A stretch of 63,808 bases of DNA, filler included. It is 6 parts of 6 records of this genome, joined end to end, with 100 filler letters (N's around TTAATTAATTAA, not from the genome) between each part and the next. Parts side by side here need not be neighbours in the genome. Positions count along the whole stretch, not along the records: positions 33,237 to 41,091 come from DRR723986_13275; positions 41,192 to 47,770 come from DRR723986_13280; positions 47,871 to 55,917 come from DRR723986_13289; 3 more parts are not named here. The stretch is one strand, 5' to 3'. The notes beneath the pieces were generated by a model. The model saw only the letters and a program-made list of their open reading frames with translations. It did no database searches and was not told where the DNA came from. Shown one piece after another: positions 39,227 to 48,998 of this stretch; within the stretch, counting starts at the first letter, position 1, and each line of letters opens with the position of its first letter. A program made the translations under genes and the position numbers.

Positions 39227-39727
39227 ATGGCCGAAAATACTGCGACCGAAGCGCCTGCCAAAAAAGGCAAGCTGAAACTGATCATCATGCTGGTGATCAT
39301 CATTATCCTGGCGGTGGGCCTTTCCGTGGTCGGGACACTCTGGTTCCTGGGCGGAGGATTGCCCGGCGCAGATGACGCCGAAACCACGACTTCGGCAGAG
39401 CCCGCGTTTGTCGCCAGCAGTTATACCGAAATTGAGAAAGCCCTGGTGACCACCGTTCAGGCTCAGGGTCGACAGCGCTATGCCCAGGTCTATGTATCAT
39501 TCGAAGCCAAAGATCCTGCGGCACTGGCCGCCGCTGACGTTCATATGCCGCTTATCCGTAGCCAACTGGTGATGGTGCTGGGCAGCAGCGACTTCATGCA
39601 GTTGCAAACGCCGGAAGGTCGTCAGACGCTGGCCGACAGCATGCTGCAGACTGTGAATCAGGTGCTGGAGCAGGAAGGGGAGCCGGCAATCGACCGGGTA
39701 TTGTTCCGGAATTTTGTGGTTCAGTAA
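39227..39727 (+). CDS. fliL: Flagellar basal-body protein FliL
   Basis: N-terminal TM, HMPLIRSQL, VLFRNFVVQ. Confidence 0.93.
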   Translation: MAENTATEAPAKKGKLKLIIMLVIIIILAVGLSVVGTLWFLGGGLPGADDAETTTSAEPAFVASSYTEIEKALVTTVQAQGRQRYAQVYVSFEAKDPAALAAADVHMPLIRSQLVMVLGSSDFMQLQTPEGRQTLADSMLQTVNQVLEQEGEPAIDRVLFRNFVVQ

Positions 39728-39769
39728 TCATACCGGGCGGATAACCAACAGTTAGGGGCAGGAACAGGT

Positions 39770-40768
39770 ATGCAGGATTTACTGTCACAGGACGAGATCG
39801 ATGCCCTCCTCCACGGGGTGGATGATGGTGACATCGATACCTATGAAGAGACCGATGATACCGGCGTAAAGAACTACGACCTCGCCAGCCAGGATCGGAT
39901 CGTCCGTGGCCGCATGCCAACGCTCGAGATGATCAACGAGCGTTTTGCCCGCTATACCCGTATCAGTCTGTTCAACCTGCTGCGCCGCAATGCCGATGTC
40001 TCCACCGGCGGCGTCCAGATCATGAAGTTCGGTGAGTACATCCATACCCTGTACGTACCCACCAGCCTTAACCTGTGCAAGGTTCGCCCGTTACGCGGTA
40101 CATCCCTGTTCGTGCTGGACGCCAAGCTGGTGTTCAAACTGGTGGACAACTTCTTCGGTGGTGAGGGCCGCCATGCCAAGATCGAGGGTCGGGAATTCAC
40201 ACCGACCGAAACCCGAATTGTGCAAATGGTACTGAATCAGGTCTTCCACGATATGAAAGAAGCCTGGCACGCAGTCTTGCAGGTGGAATTCGAATACCTC
40301 AGCTCGGAAGTCAACCCGGCCATGGCCAACATCGTCAGCCCGAGCGAAGTGGTCGTGGTCAGCACCTTCCATATTGAACTCGATGGGGGGGGCGGCGAAC
40401 TTCATTTCGCACTGCCGTATTCCATGATCGAGCCAATCCGCGATGTGCTGGATGCGGGTGTGCAGAGTGATATTGATGATGTCGACGAACGCTGGGTAAA
40501 CGCCTTGCAGGAGGACATCAAAGAGGTCAATGTGCCCATCAATACCACCGTCTGCCGGCGCCGCATCTCTCTGCGTGACATTGCCCGGATGAAAGCTGGC
40601 GATGTGATTCCGGTAGAGATTCCCGAGCACCTGACGGTGACCGCCAATGGTATTCCAATCTACAAGGCAACGCTGGGCACCCGCGACGGTAAGCTGGCGC
40701 TGAGGATTCACGACCGGGCCAAGTTGCCCAAGGTAAAGAAACAACTGAAGGTGGGACGCAATGGCTGA
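39770..40768 (+). CDS. fliM: Flagellar motor switch protein FliM
   Basis: LSQDEIDALL, GRMPTLEMINERFAR, EGREFTPTE. Confidence 0.98.
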   Translation: MQDLLSQDEIDALLHGVDDGDIDTYEETDDTGVKNYDLASQDRIVRGRMPTLEMINERFARYTRISLFNLLRRNADVSTGGVQIMKFGEYIHTLYVPTSLNLCKVRPLRGTSLFVLDAKLVFKLVDNFFGGEGRHAKIEGREFTPTETRIVQMVLNQVFHDMKEAWHAVLQVEFEYLSSEVNPAMANIVSPSEVVVVSTFHIELDGGGGELHFALPYSMIEPIRDVLDAGVQSDIDDVDERWVNALQEDIKEVNVPINTTVCRRRISLRDIARMKAGDVIPVEIPEHLTVTANGIPIYKATLGTRDGKLALRIHDRAKLPKVKKQLKVGRNG

Positions 40769-41091
40769 CGACGACAAGAAAGACGAGCAGGAACTCAGCG
40801 AAGACGAAAAGCTGGCGGCCGAGTGGGAAGCGGCAATGGACGAGTCCGGCGATGGAGAAGGCTCCCGGGAAGATGAGTGGGCAGCGGCCATGGCCGAGGC
40901 TGAAGGTGGCGACGACCAGCCTGAAGCCGAACGCCAGGATGTGCGCACCGCTCCCATGGAAGAGTTTGGTGCGGACCAGGGCCCTGGTGGCGGTGAGTCT
41001 CCTGACATTGACGTAATTTTGGATATTCCGGTTACCATTTCCATGGAAGTGGGGAACACCCAGATTCCGATACGAAACCTGCTTCAGCTGA
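40761..41091 (+). CDS. fliN: Flagellar motor switch protein FliN (3'-truncated)
   Basis: EWAAAM, ILDIPVTISMEVG...IRNLLQL. Confidence 0.95.
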
Positions 41092-41191
41092 NNNNNNNNN
41101 NNNNNNNNNNNNNNNNNNNNNNNNNNNNNNNNNNNTTAATTAATTAANNNNNNNNNNNNNNNNNNNNNNNNNNNNNNNNNNNNNNNNNNNN
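41092..41191. other. Artificial contig spacer
   Basis: N-run with TTAATTAATTAA. Confidence 0.99.
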
Positions 41192-41718
41192 GCTGCGCCC
41201 CTTTCATTGCATTCAGTGGCTGGCTTTTTTCTTATTGTTTTGCACTGATGCTGCAGCCGCAAGTCTGCGAGTCAAACCTGAGAGACACAAGACCGCAAGC
41301 TCCGGGCTGTAATTCTCAGGATCAACCGGGCGACGGCCCAAAAGCTGTCCATTCCAGCCCTGTCATTCCAAGCGCGTATGCGAGTCTGAGTACTGCAAGG
41401 CCAAGGACTTTCTGGACTCAATAATTCGTTGCCCAGGCAACAAAGCCGCTCGTTTTTGGCAGGACTCCCGGGCTGGTGGTTCGCGGGTTTCAGGCCCGAG
41501 GAACAGGCCTGAGATTTGAGACTCGGCGTAAGCGGCGGGACAAACAAGAAGCTCAAAAAAGGGATGGCCGCCGCAGCCTGCAAGGGAGGCCAAAACCGCT
41601 CAAAAAGGGATTTTATTTGCGAGTCAAAAGTTAAGTGCGCAAAGCTACAATATGGCGCGATACCATTCGTTCGGGAATACGTTAAGTCGTTAATTGTCCG
41701 CTGGTTGCAGAAGCAAAG

Positions 41719-42456
41719 ATGAAAAGAAGTCACGAAGAAATCGATAATAGTAAACCGCTGGGATCACCGCAGCGCGAACTGTCCGTAGCACTGCTGCTGA
41801 CGGCCGACCGCCTGCGCGACGTCATTAATAGAATGTGTCGCCAGTTTGACCTGACTCTGCAACAGTATAATATGCTGCGCATTTTGCGTTCGTCCTACCC
41901 GACGGCGCTTTCCTGTTCGGAAATTAACTGCCGTATGATTCAGCGTGCGCCCGATATTACGCGCCTGATTACCCGTCTGGAGAGTAACGGTTATGTGGAG
42001 CGGCGCAAAGATGATCGCGACCAGCGCGTAGTGCGCACCATGATCCGCAATGAAGGCATTGCGCTGATAGAAGGTGTTGAGAAAAAACTCTCGGCTTTTG
42101 ATGCGCTGTTTGACTGTGTGAGCGAGGAAGATCGCAGTGGACTCTTGTGCGCGCTCGGCAATATCCGGCGTGAAGCTGACCGCATGCTGGGGCGTAACAA
42201 CGGCAATGCCCTCAACGGTCAAAATGGGCCGGCCACCAACGGACGCGCCGGCAGCACCGTGCGCATCAGCGTGAGTGTGCACCAGCATGGACAACGGAAC
42301 GGTCAACAGAATGGTCAACAGAATGTCCACCAGACGGGTCAACAGAATGGTCAACAGAACGGTCAACAGAATGGCCACCAGAATGGACGCACAAAACTGA
42401 ATGGTCAGCGTAACACACCCTGCGGTCCAACGAGTATAGACAACGACTCCTGCTAA
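41719..42456 (+). CDS. MarR-family regulator with Q/N/G/H-rich C-terminal tail
   Basis: LTLQQYNMLRIL, PDITRLITRLESNGYVER, DQRV; tail of GQQN repeats. Confidence 0.88.
   Translation: MKRSHEEIDNSKPLGSPQRELSVALLLTADRLRDVINRMCRQFDLTLQQYNMLRILRSSYPTALSCSEINCRMIQRAPDITRLITRLESNGYVERRKDDRDQRVVRTMIRNEGIALIEGVEKKLSAFDALFDCVSEEDRSGLLCALGNIRREADRMLGRNNGNALNGQNGPATNGRAGSTVRISVSVHQHGQRNGQQNGQQNVHQTGQQNGQQNGQQNGHQNGRTKLNGQRNTPCGPTSIDNDSC
42277..42384 (+). repeat. Coding tandem repeat: nine 12-nt units (GGTCAACAGAAY) with 48-nt higher-order period
   Basis: Units start at 42277, 42289, ... 42373; xHQx variants recur at 42277, 42325 and 42373. Confidence 0.9.
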
Positions 42457-42571
42457 GCCCTCCTGCATTTTTTGTAACTTGGAATTCCATTCGGTGCGTG
42501 GGAGGCAAAAAGGCTGCCTGCACGCCGGAAACCACAGATTCTGACACGACCGTTTTATACGGACATCAACA

Positions 42572-43579
42572 ATGAAATTCGGCATTTTGACTGGTGGAGG
42601 CGACAGCCCCGGCATGAACGCGTTTGTGCGCGCCGTGGTTCGCACAGCGTTGAACACACGCGCACATACATCCGTGTGGGGGATTTACGATGGCTGGAAG
42701 GGCCTCTCTGCCAACAATTTCCACGAGCTGAACAAACTTTCGGTTGCCGGCCTGGCTACCACGGGCGGCACGATTCTGGGCACGATGCGCTTTCCGGAGC
42801 TGGCCGAGGATGAAGACCTCCAGAATACGATAGCGCGCAATCTGCACGATCACGGTTTTGACTATGTATTCGTTTGCGGCGGCAACGGCAGCCTGCAGGC
42901 TTCAGCGGTGATTAATGCAATTATGCGGCGCGAGAACCTGCGCACGCGGTTTATGTTTGCGCCTGGCTCGATTGACAATGATGTCTGTAATGTCTACGGC
43001 TCGTCGCTTGGATTCTACAGCGCCATAGATAAAAGTCTGCAGATGCTCGAATGGATTCGGGACACGGCGTCTTCACACCGGCGCGTTTACCTGATCAAAT
43101 CGATGGGACGCGACTCGGCCTATCTGGCCGCGTTTGCCGGCATTGTAACGGGCGCGGAGCATGTGATCCGCCCGAACGAAGAGGTCAACTACGAAGCCAT
43201 GGCATCGATGATTGCCGAACGCGACCGGGACACGCGCATCATTATCTCCGAGGCTTTTCCACAGACGCTGAACGAGATCAAGGCAGAACTGGAACAGCGC
43301 TTCCGCGACCGCAGCATCAAAAGTGAAATCCGCACGGTGGACATGAGTTATTTTCAGCGCGGCGGCAAGGCGGCGGTTACGGACATCCTGCGTGCCAGTT
43401 GGCTGGGCTATCGCATGGTGCTGGACGCATTTGAGGGCGGCGACAGCGGTTTTTATTCGGCATTTTACACAGGACATTCGCCCAAACCACTGCCGTTGGA
43501 GCTGGCCGCAAACACGGAAACGACGAATCACGACGACATCCCCGAGTACCTGCTCGACTTCATGGCGGCGCTGCGTTAG
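42572..43579 (+). CDS. pfkA: 6-phosphofructokinase family protein (divergent)
   Basis: LTGGGDSPGMN, GGTILGT.R, GGNGS, PGSIDND, RDTASSH, MGR, QRGG. Confidence 0.85.
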   Translation: MKFGILTGGGDSPGMNAFVRAVVRTALNTRAHTSVWGIYDGWKGLSANNFHELNKLSVAGLATTGGTILGTMRFPELAEDEDLQNTIARNLHDHGFDYVFVCGGNGSLQASAVINAIMRRENLRTRFMFAPGSIDNDVCNVYGSSLGFYSAIDKSLQMLEWIRDTASSHRRVYLIKSMGRDSAYLAAFAGIVTGAEHVIRPNEEVNYEAMASMIAERDRDTRIIISEAFPQTLNEIKAELEQRFRDRSIKSEIRTVDMSYFQRGGKAAVTDILRASWLGYRMVLDAFEGGDSGFYSAFYTGHSPKPLPLELAANTETTNHDDIPEYLLDFMAALR

Positions 43580-43662
43580 GCGCTTGAAACTTTCGAAAAT
43601 CTTTGACTGAACAGCTGTTTTAGCGGTAGAACTGACTCCTGAGATTAGCAAGGACCCGGCAT

Positions 43663-44925
43663 ATGCGCGCAACACGACTTCTAAAGAATATCGGCAGCCT
43701 GGCGACGGTTGGCGGCAATGGCCAGGCCAAAAGCGGCGCGGCCATGGGCGACATCGCGGAAATTCGCGACGCAGCAATGTTGTTTGACGACCAGGTCCGC
43801 TGGATTGGCAGCAATGCGGAAGCCGCGCAGAAGCTGAGTGACGGAACTTTTGCGCCGATTGAGGTGCTGGATGCCGGCGGCCGCGCGGTTCTGCCCGGTT
43901 TTGTGGATTCACACACGCATTTGGTCTTTGCCGGCGACCGCGCCGACGAGTTTGCGCGGCGCGCGCGCGGCGTGAGTTATACAGAGATCGCCGCCGAAGG
44001 CGGCGGCATATTGAGCACGATGCGCGCCGTGCGTGGCAGCAGTGCTGAAGAGATGGCGGCCCTGGCGTTACCGCGTGCCTGGAATGCGATCAAACACGGC
44101 AGCACCACGCTGGAAGTTAAAAGCGGTTATGGCCTGGACATGCAGAGTGAGTTGAATCAGCTGCGCGCTATTCAGATTCTGCAGCAGGAGCTGCCGGTTG
44201 AACTGGTGCCGACCTTCCTGGGCGCACACGACTTTCCGCCGGAGCACCGCGGCAACCGCGAAGAATACGTGCGCATTGTATGTGAGGAGATGATCCCGGC
44301 CGTGGCCGCCGAAAAACTGGCCGAGTACTGTGATGTCTTCACCGACGAAGGTTATTACACCGTGGAACAGAGCGAGCGCATTTTTGCTGCCGCCGCTGCA
44401 CACGGCTTGAAGGCGCGCGTGCATGCCGATGAGTTTGTGGATGTGAGCGGAGCAGCGATGGCGGCACGCAGCGGCTGCGTCTCAGCGGATCACCTGCTCA
44501 AGATTTCGGATGAGGGCGCCGTCGCGATGCGCGAAGCGGGTGTGGTGGCGACGCTGCTGCCCGGCACGGCGTACTTTCTTTCACTGCCCTACGCGCCGGC
44601 ACGGCGCCTGATTGACGCCAACCTGATTGTGGCGCTGGCCACGGACTGCAATCCCGGTTCCTGTTTTACCGAGAACATGCAGCTGATAATCAATATGGCC
44701 TGCACGCAGATGCGCATGTCACTCGAAGAGGCGATCAATGCGGCCACGATCAATGGCGCGGCGGCACTCGAACGGGCCGACAGCATTGGCAGCCTGGAAG
44801 TCGGCAAACGCGCCAACTTCCTGATTTCCGGCCAGCCGTCGTACAAACAGATGATTTATCACTTTGGGATTAATCACATCGACCAGGTTTGGGTCGATGG
44901 TCGCCAGGTGGCGAATAACTCCTAA
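43663..44925 (+). CDS. hutI: Imidazolonepropionase
   Basis: PGFVDSHTHLVFAG.R..EF, EVKSGYGL, TFLGAH, ALATDCNPG. Confidence 0.95.
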   Translation: MRATRLLKNIGSLATVGGNGQAKSGAAMGDIAEIRDAAMLFDDQVRWIGSNAEAAQKLSDGTFAPIEVLDAGGRAVLPGFVDSHTHLVFAGDRADEFARRARGVSYTEIAAEGGGILSTMRAVRGSSAEEMAALALPRAWNAIKHGSTTLEVKSGYGLDMQSELNQLRAIQILQQELPVELVPTFLGAHDFPPEHRGNREEYVRIVCEEMIPAVAAEKLAEYCDVFTDEGYYTVEQSERIFAAAAAHGLKARVHADEFVDVSGAAMAARSGCVSADHLLKISDEGAVAMREAGVVATLLPGTAYFLSLPYAPARRLIDANLIVALATDCNPGSCFTENMQLIINMACTQMRMSLEEAINAATINGAAALERADSIGSLEVGKRANFLISGQPSYKQMIYHFGINHIDQVWVDGRQVANNS

Positions 44926-45058
44926 TCAGAAGCGCAGAACTGATGTGCTAAGCTGACCTGTTGAACCGACGCGCACCACTGAAGCGGCAGCACCGACGCC
45001 GGCTGGAGAACTGAAGTACTTGTGGGTTGAGACCCGTGTGACTCAGCAGTCGGCACTG

Positions 45059-45850
45059 TCAGTCAGCGTCAAGAATTTGACGCTCTGGTTTAACACAGAC
45101 GTAAGCCGGCACAGCCATGTCAGCGCCATCCAGGATCTGTTCGTAGACTGAAAAACCGATGCGGCTAGGCAGGTCACGCCAGAACTGTAGCGGAAAAAGC
45201 CCCCAGCGGTGCACGTCTTGCTCCACGCGCAACTTGCCGCTTTCGCGGATCATGTAGACAAATGACAGCTCAAAACCTTCTTCGTCAACATTTGGACGCC
45301 AGTCCTGCTCAATGATCGTGACGTCACAGTCAGGTTTGGGCTGGGTGTGCGTGATGCGTGTGCGCTGCTGCACAAAACTCTCAGTACTGATCTCGACCAT
45401 GAATACCATAACTCCACCGGGGCGCAGATGGCGCCAGGCGTTGCGCAGCACCAACTCCACGTCCGCGCGCGTGCGCATATAAACCAGCGCGTCGTTGATA
45501 AAAACGGCGTCAAACTCGCGCTGCAGGTCCACGCTGCGCATATCTCCGTGTACAAACTCCGATTGCGGATTGAGGTCACGGGCCAGCTCTAACATGGCAG
45601 GGCTCAGGTCCACGCCGGTGACTTTGGCAAATCTGGCAAGGTGAAATGCGTTTTTGCCGCCACCGCAGCCCAGATCCAGCACGGTATTGATTGTGCCGCC
45701 AGTGTGTTGCTGCATCCAGCTGCTAAGCTGGTCGGTTTCTTCCTGGTAGTCCTCCACCGACCCAAAGTCCGGCCAGATCCAGGCCAGGTCACTGTACAGA
45801 CGCCAATTAGTTTCGGCAGCGGCGGATTCATTCTCGTGGTTTTGCATCAC
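45059..45850 (-). CDS. Class I SAM-dependent methyltransferase
   Basis: VLDLGCGGG, GVDLSPAML, GDMR, LRPGG. Confidence 0.9.
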   Translation of the reverse strand: MMQNHENESAAAETNWRLYSDLAWIWPDFGSVEDYQEETDQLSSWMQQHTGGTINTVLDLGCGGGKNAFHLARFAKVTGVDLSPAMLELARDLNPQSEFVHGDMRSVDLQREFDAVFINDALVYMRTRADVELVLRNAWRHLRPGGVMVFMVEISTESFVQQRTRITHTQPKPDCDVTIIEQDWRPNVDEEGFELSFVYMIRESGKLRVEQDVHRWGLFPLQFWRDLPSRIGFSVYEQILDGADMAVPAYVCVKPERQILDAD

Positions 45851-45913
45851 TTGTCTGGTATGGTAGAACGTAATTGCGCAGCTGCAATATACGCAGCAGA
45901 ATAGTGCTCCGTA

Positions 45914-45927
45914 GAATTACGTAATTC
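45914..45927. promoter_or_regulatory. Perfect 14-bp palindrome, candidate TF site
   Basis: GAATTACGTAATTC between divergent genes; partial copy ACGTAATT at 45868. Confidence 0.4.
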
Positions 45928-46140
45928 ACGCGTGCCGCGGAAGAAGACTGCGACTGGCCAGGCTGATTTAATTTGCGCTGCAGGCCGCATAAATACTGGC
46001 AGCACGACCAACTTCCTGTAACCTAAGTGGTACTTCTGCATTCGTGTGGCAGCATTCAGCACGTGAACCGATTGGTAATTGCTCGTGTTGCTTCACATAT
46101 TGCCGGTGGAGATGGCCAAGGCCGCAGCCTGCAAATCTGC

Positions 46141-46176
46141 GAAATGAGATTCGCAATGGGATTCGCAATAGGATTC
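46141..46176 (+). repeat. Three imperfect 12-bp tandem repeats in the divergent intergenic region
   Basis: GAAATGAGATTC GCAATGGGATTC GCAATAGGATTC. Confidence 0.65.
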
Positions 46177-46309
46177 AGAGGGGCACCGCCCAGTTCCTTT
46201 TTCGGCGAATAAAAGAGTCTTATCTTCAAAACTTGTGTCTTTAGACAGGTAGTACAGATTAAAGCTGCCTACCGACCGCTTTGACGGTCCCAACAACAAA
46301 CGGAGTAAC

Positions 46310-47506
46310 ATGACGGAAGATCAGATATACCAGCAAAACCGCAATTGTCCAGCTGTGCCACGGCACACGACTCTGCGGAATCTATGTCTGGTCTGTTTGA
46401 TTTACTGCCTTGTACCCTTTACTGTCGCGCCAAACCTGGTCGCGCAGACCGCTGGAATGCCTCAGAATCCCAGCGGACCGATTGTTCCGGCCGCAACTGC
46501 AAACATCGACACAACTCAGACTGATATTTTGGCTCTGCCGATTCTGTCTTACTCTCCCGAAGCCGGCTTCCTGTTCGGCGGTGTGACGCACTTCATTCAT
46601 CAGCCTGGCCCACACTGCCGCCGCTCCAATGTTGTTGCGGGAGCGACTTACTCAACCGAAAATCAATTCCAATTCTTTACGCGCCCAACCTGGTACTTTG
46701 AAGGTGAGGATTACAGCCTTGACGGTTTACTCGATTTCCGCAAACGCACCGACAAATTTTATGGCATCGGCAACAACACCAATATGAGCGACGAGGAGTT
46801 GTACACGCGTCGCGAAATGCGTTTTGAGTTCGAATTTGACAAGCGCGTCTGGAAACAAATGCGTTTTGGTGTGCATGCCGGTTATGGAAAAACCAGGATG
46901 CTCGAGGTTGACGAGGAAGGTCAGCTGCGTGGCAACAATATCACCGGTGTTGACGATCATGTAGAGCTGGGACTGGGCCTGACGAGCAGCTGGGACAGTC
47001 GCGACAACCGCCTGTTTCCACGCGACGGAGTTTTCTACAAGTTTGAAATCATTTTCTACGAAGACGGCCTGGGCTCCACCAATTCTTACCGCTCTATCAA
47101 TATGGACGTGCGCCATTACTTCAGTCTGGACGCAAACAGAGTGTTTGCCTTCCGCCTCAATTATGCCGATGTAGCCGGCGATGTTCCCTTCACGAGTTTA
47201 CCGGAGCTGGGTGGCAAGAACACGCTGCGCGGTTATTTCCAGGGTCGTTACCGCGATCAGCATATGCTGGTTCTGCAAACCGAGTTGCGCTTCAAACTCT
47301 GGGGTAAGCTCGGCGGTGTTGTCTTCGCTTCGGCGGGTGAGGTAGCTCCGGCGCTGAACCATTTTAAGTTGCGCAAAACACGCATTGCAGCGGGCGCGGG
47401 TTTGCGTTACCAGCTGACGGAGTCGGGCCTGAATGCGCGCATCGATTTTGGCGTGGGCCGCAACGGATTTGGCGGTCCTTACGTCACCGGCATGGAAGCG
47501 TTTTAA
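46310..47506 (+). CDS. Omp85/BamA-TamA family beta-barrel without POTRA domains
   Basis: Signal peptide; LPILSYSPEAG; WDSRDN..FP..G; LRGYFQGRYRD; terminal EAF. Confidence 0.85.
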   Translation: MTEDQIYQQNRNCPAVPRHTTLRNLCLVCLIYCLVPFTVAPNLVAQTAGMPQNPSGPIVPAATANIDTTQTDILALPILSYSPEAGFLFGGVTHFIHQPGPHCRRSNVVAGATYSTENQFQFFTRPTWYFEGEDYSLDGLLDFRKRTDKFYGIGNNTNMSDEELYTRREMRFEFEFDKRVWKQMRFGVHAGYGKTRMLEVDEEGQLRGNNITGVDDHVELGLGLTSSWDSRDNRLFPRDGVFYKFEIIFYEDGLGSTNSYRSINMDVRHYFSLDANRVFAFRLNYADVAGDVPFTSLPELGGKNTLRGYFQGRYRDQHMLVLQTELRFKLWGKLGGVVFASAGEVAPALNHFKLRKTRIAAGAGLRYQLTESGLNARIDFGVGRNGFGGPYVTGMEAF

Positions 47507-47770
47507 TCTGGTGCATTTCCTGACTTTTGGCGAGCCACACCACGGCTTCTGAGCTTATCGACTTCTTACTCTTCGTTTTTTCTAATTCGCGATTCAGCGG
47601 CATTTCAGATTTACTTCTCGACACTTCCAGAGCGTTCACACCGAATTTCTAACTGTTCGGTGGCTGACGGCCGGCAGCATCCACTTTTCTGACTTCACTT
47701 TGGACCTGGCACTACGTTCAGACTGAATTTATGACCGTTGAGTGGCTGATTACTGTCCGTTCGATTTTTG

Positions 47771-47870
47771 NNNNNNNNNNNNNNNNNNNNNNNNNNNNNN
47801 NNNNNNNNNNNNNNTTAATTAATTAANNNNNNNNNNNNNNNNNNNNNNNNNNNNNNNNNNNNNNNNNNNN
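47771..47870. other. Artificial contig spacer
   Basis: N-run with TTAATTAATTAA. Confidence 0.99.
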
Positions 47871-47927
47871 TCTTGGCAAAAATACCTCGGGGGAGTCGCC
47901 TGGAAGGCGACGGGGGCAGAGCCCCCC
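47871..47927. repeat. GC-rich double-hairpin intergenic element at contig edge (REP-like)
   Basis: GTCGCC-TGGAA-GGCGAC and GGGGGC-AGA-GCCCCC after GCAAAAATACCTCGGGGG. Confidence 0.55.
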
Positions 47928-48143
47928 TGAACGCTCTTTAAAGGGGGTTCGTCGCGGCCCGTGCCGGGCCGCGCGGATCGACGTGCCGCAGGCACGGCGA
48001 AATCCCGGTCAAACCAAAGCCTGCCACAGAGATGTACAGGGGGTGCACGCCCGGTGCACAGGGGGTGACAGCCAATTTTCGTCCCGGATCGCGCCTCGCA
48101 GAGGCGCACGGATCGGCGCGCGCGCAGCGTGCGGCGACCCTTT

Positions 48144-48938
48144 TCAGCGCTGCCAGACCGTTGGGAACCAGTCTTCCCGCAACCGCTGCCCCGGCACCAT
48201 GTCATGGCCCGGAAAGGGTGGCGAGGTCCGCCCCGGCCGCTCCACGTACCGTGCGTCATCGCCCAGGAATCGCACGGAAAACGCCCGCCGCCGCCGGTCG
48301 CTCGTATTGCCCCGCGCGCCGTGCAGGGTGCGATAGTCAAACGCCACCGCATCACCGGGTTCCATCTGCCATTCCAGCACCGTCATGCCCTCTGCATCCG
48401 GGTCCGGCACCGGGATGTAAGCACCCTCATCGGGGAAAAACGCGTCTTCTTTCAACCACCTGGTTGGCAGAACCGGTTTTGGCCACTTGTGGCTGCCTGC
48501 CACCAGCCGCAGCGTTGCGTCCGTGACCGGATCGAGCGGCGACCAGAAGCTGATGGTCTGTTCGCCCTCGACGAAATAATAGGGCCCGTCCTGATGCCAG
48601 GGCGTCGGCTTCGACGTGCCCGGCTCTTTTACCAGCACATGATCATGAAACACCTGAACGGCATCCGAGCGCATCAATTCGCCCGCCACCCGCGCCGCGT
48701 CCGATTGGCGGATGACCTCCTCGAATTCGGGGATGCGCGTCCAGTTGCAATAGTCGTCAAAGAACCGCCCGCCCTCGCCCGGCAACAGGTTCTCCGCCGC
48801 ATAAGGCCCCGGCTCCGCCATGTTCCGCGCAACCCCGGCGCGCAGAGTCTCGACGTGGTCGGCGAACAACCCCTTGATCAGCACCGCGCCGTCGCGGGCG
48901 AAATCGGCGATCTGCTGTTCCGTGATGTCGACACTCAT
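48144..48938 (-). CDS. Phytanoyl-CoA dioxygenase (PhyH) family Fe(II)/2OG dioxygenase
   Basis: WHQD (HxD), LHGA, RRAFS; AGGAG before ATG 48938. Confidence 0.9.
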   Translation of the reverse strand: MSVDITEQQIADFARDGAVLIKGLFADHVETLRAGVARNMAEPGPYAAENLLPGEGGRFFDDYCNWTRIPEFEEVIRQSDAARVAGELMRSDAVQVFHDHVLVKEPGTSKPTPWHQDGPYYFVEGEQTISFWSPLDPVTDATLRLVAGSHKWPKPVLPTRWLKEDAFFPDEGAYIPVPDPDAEGMTVLEWQMEPGDAVAFDYRTLHGARGNTSDRRRRAFSVRFLGDDARYVERPGRTSPPFPGHDMVPGQRLREDWFPTVWQR

Positions 48939-48998
48939 GGCCTTACTCCTCAAAAGCTCGGGGCAAGGAAACGCCAGCGCTGCAAGCTTGGCAACCCC

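Noticed and set aside
40091-41059. 322-aa antisense ORF over fliM/fliN, and many antisense ORFs over the giant T9SS genes
   Set aside because: Shadow frames of well-supported genes.
42277-42384. Regular repeat as a possible CRISPR array
   Set aside because: Contiguous 12-nt in-frame coding units with no unique spacers and no cas genes. No CRISPR array was seen anywhere in the window.
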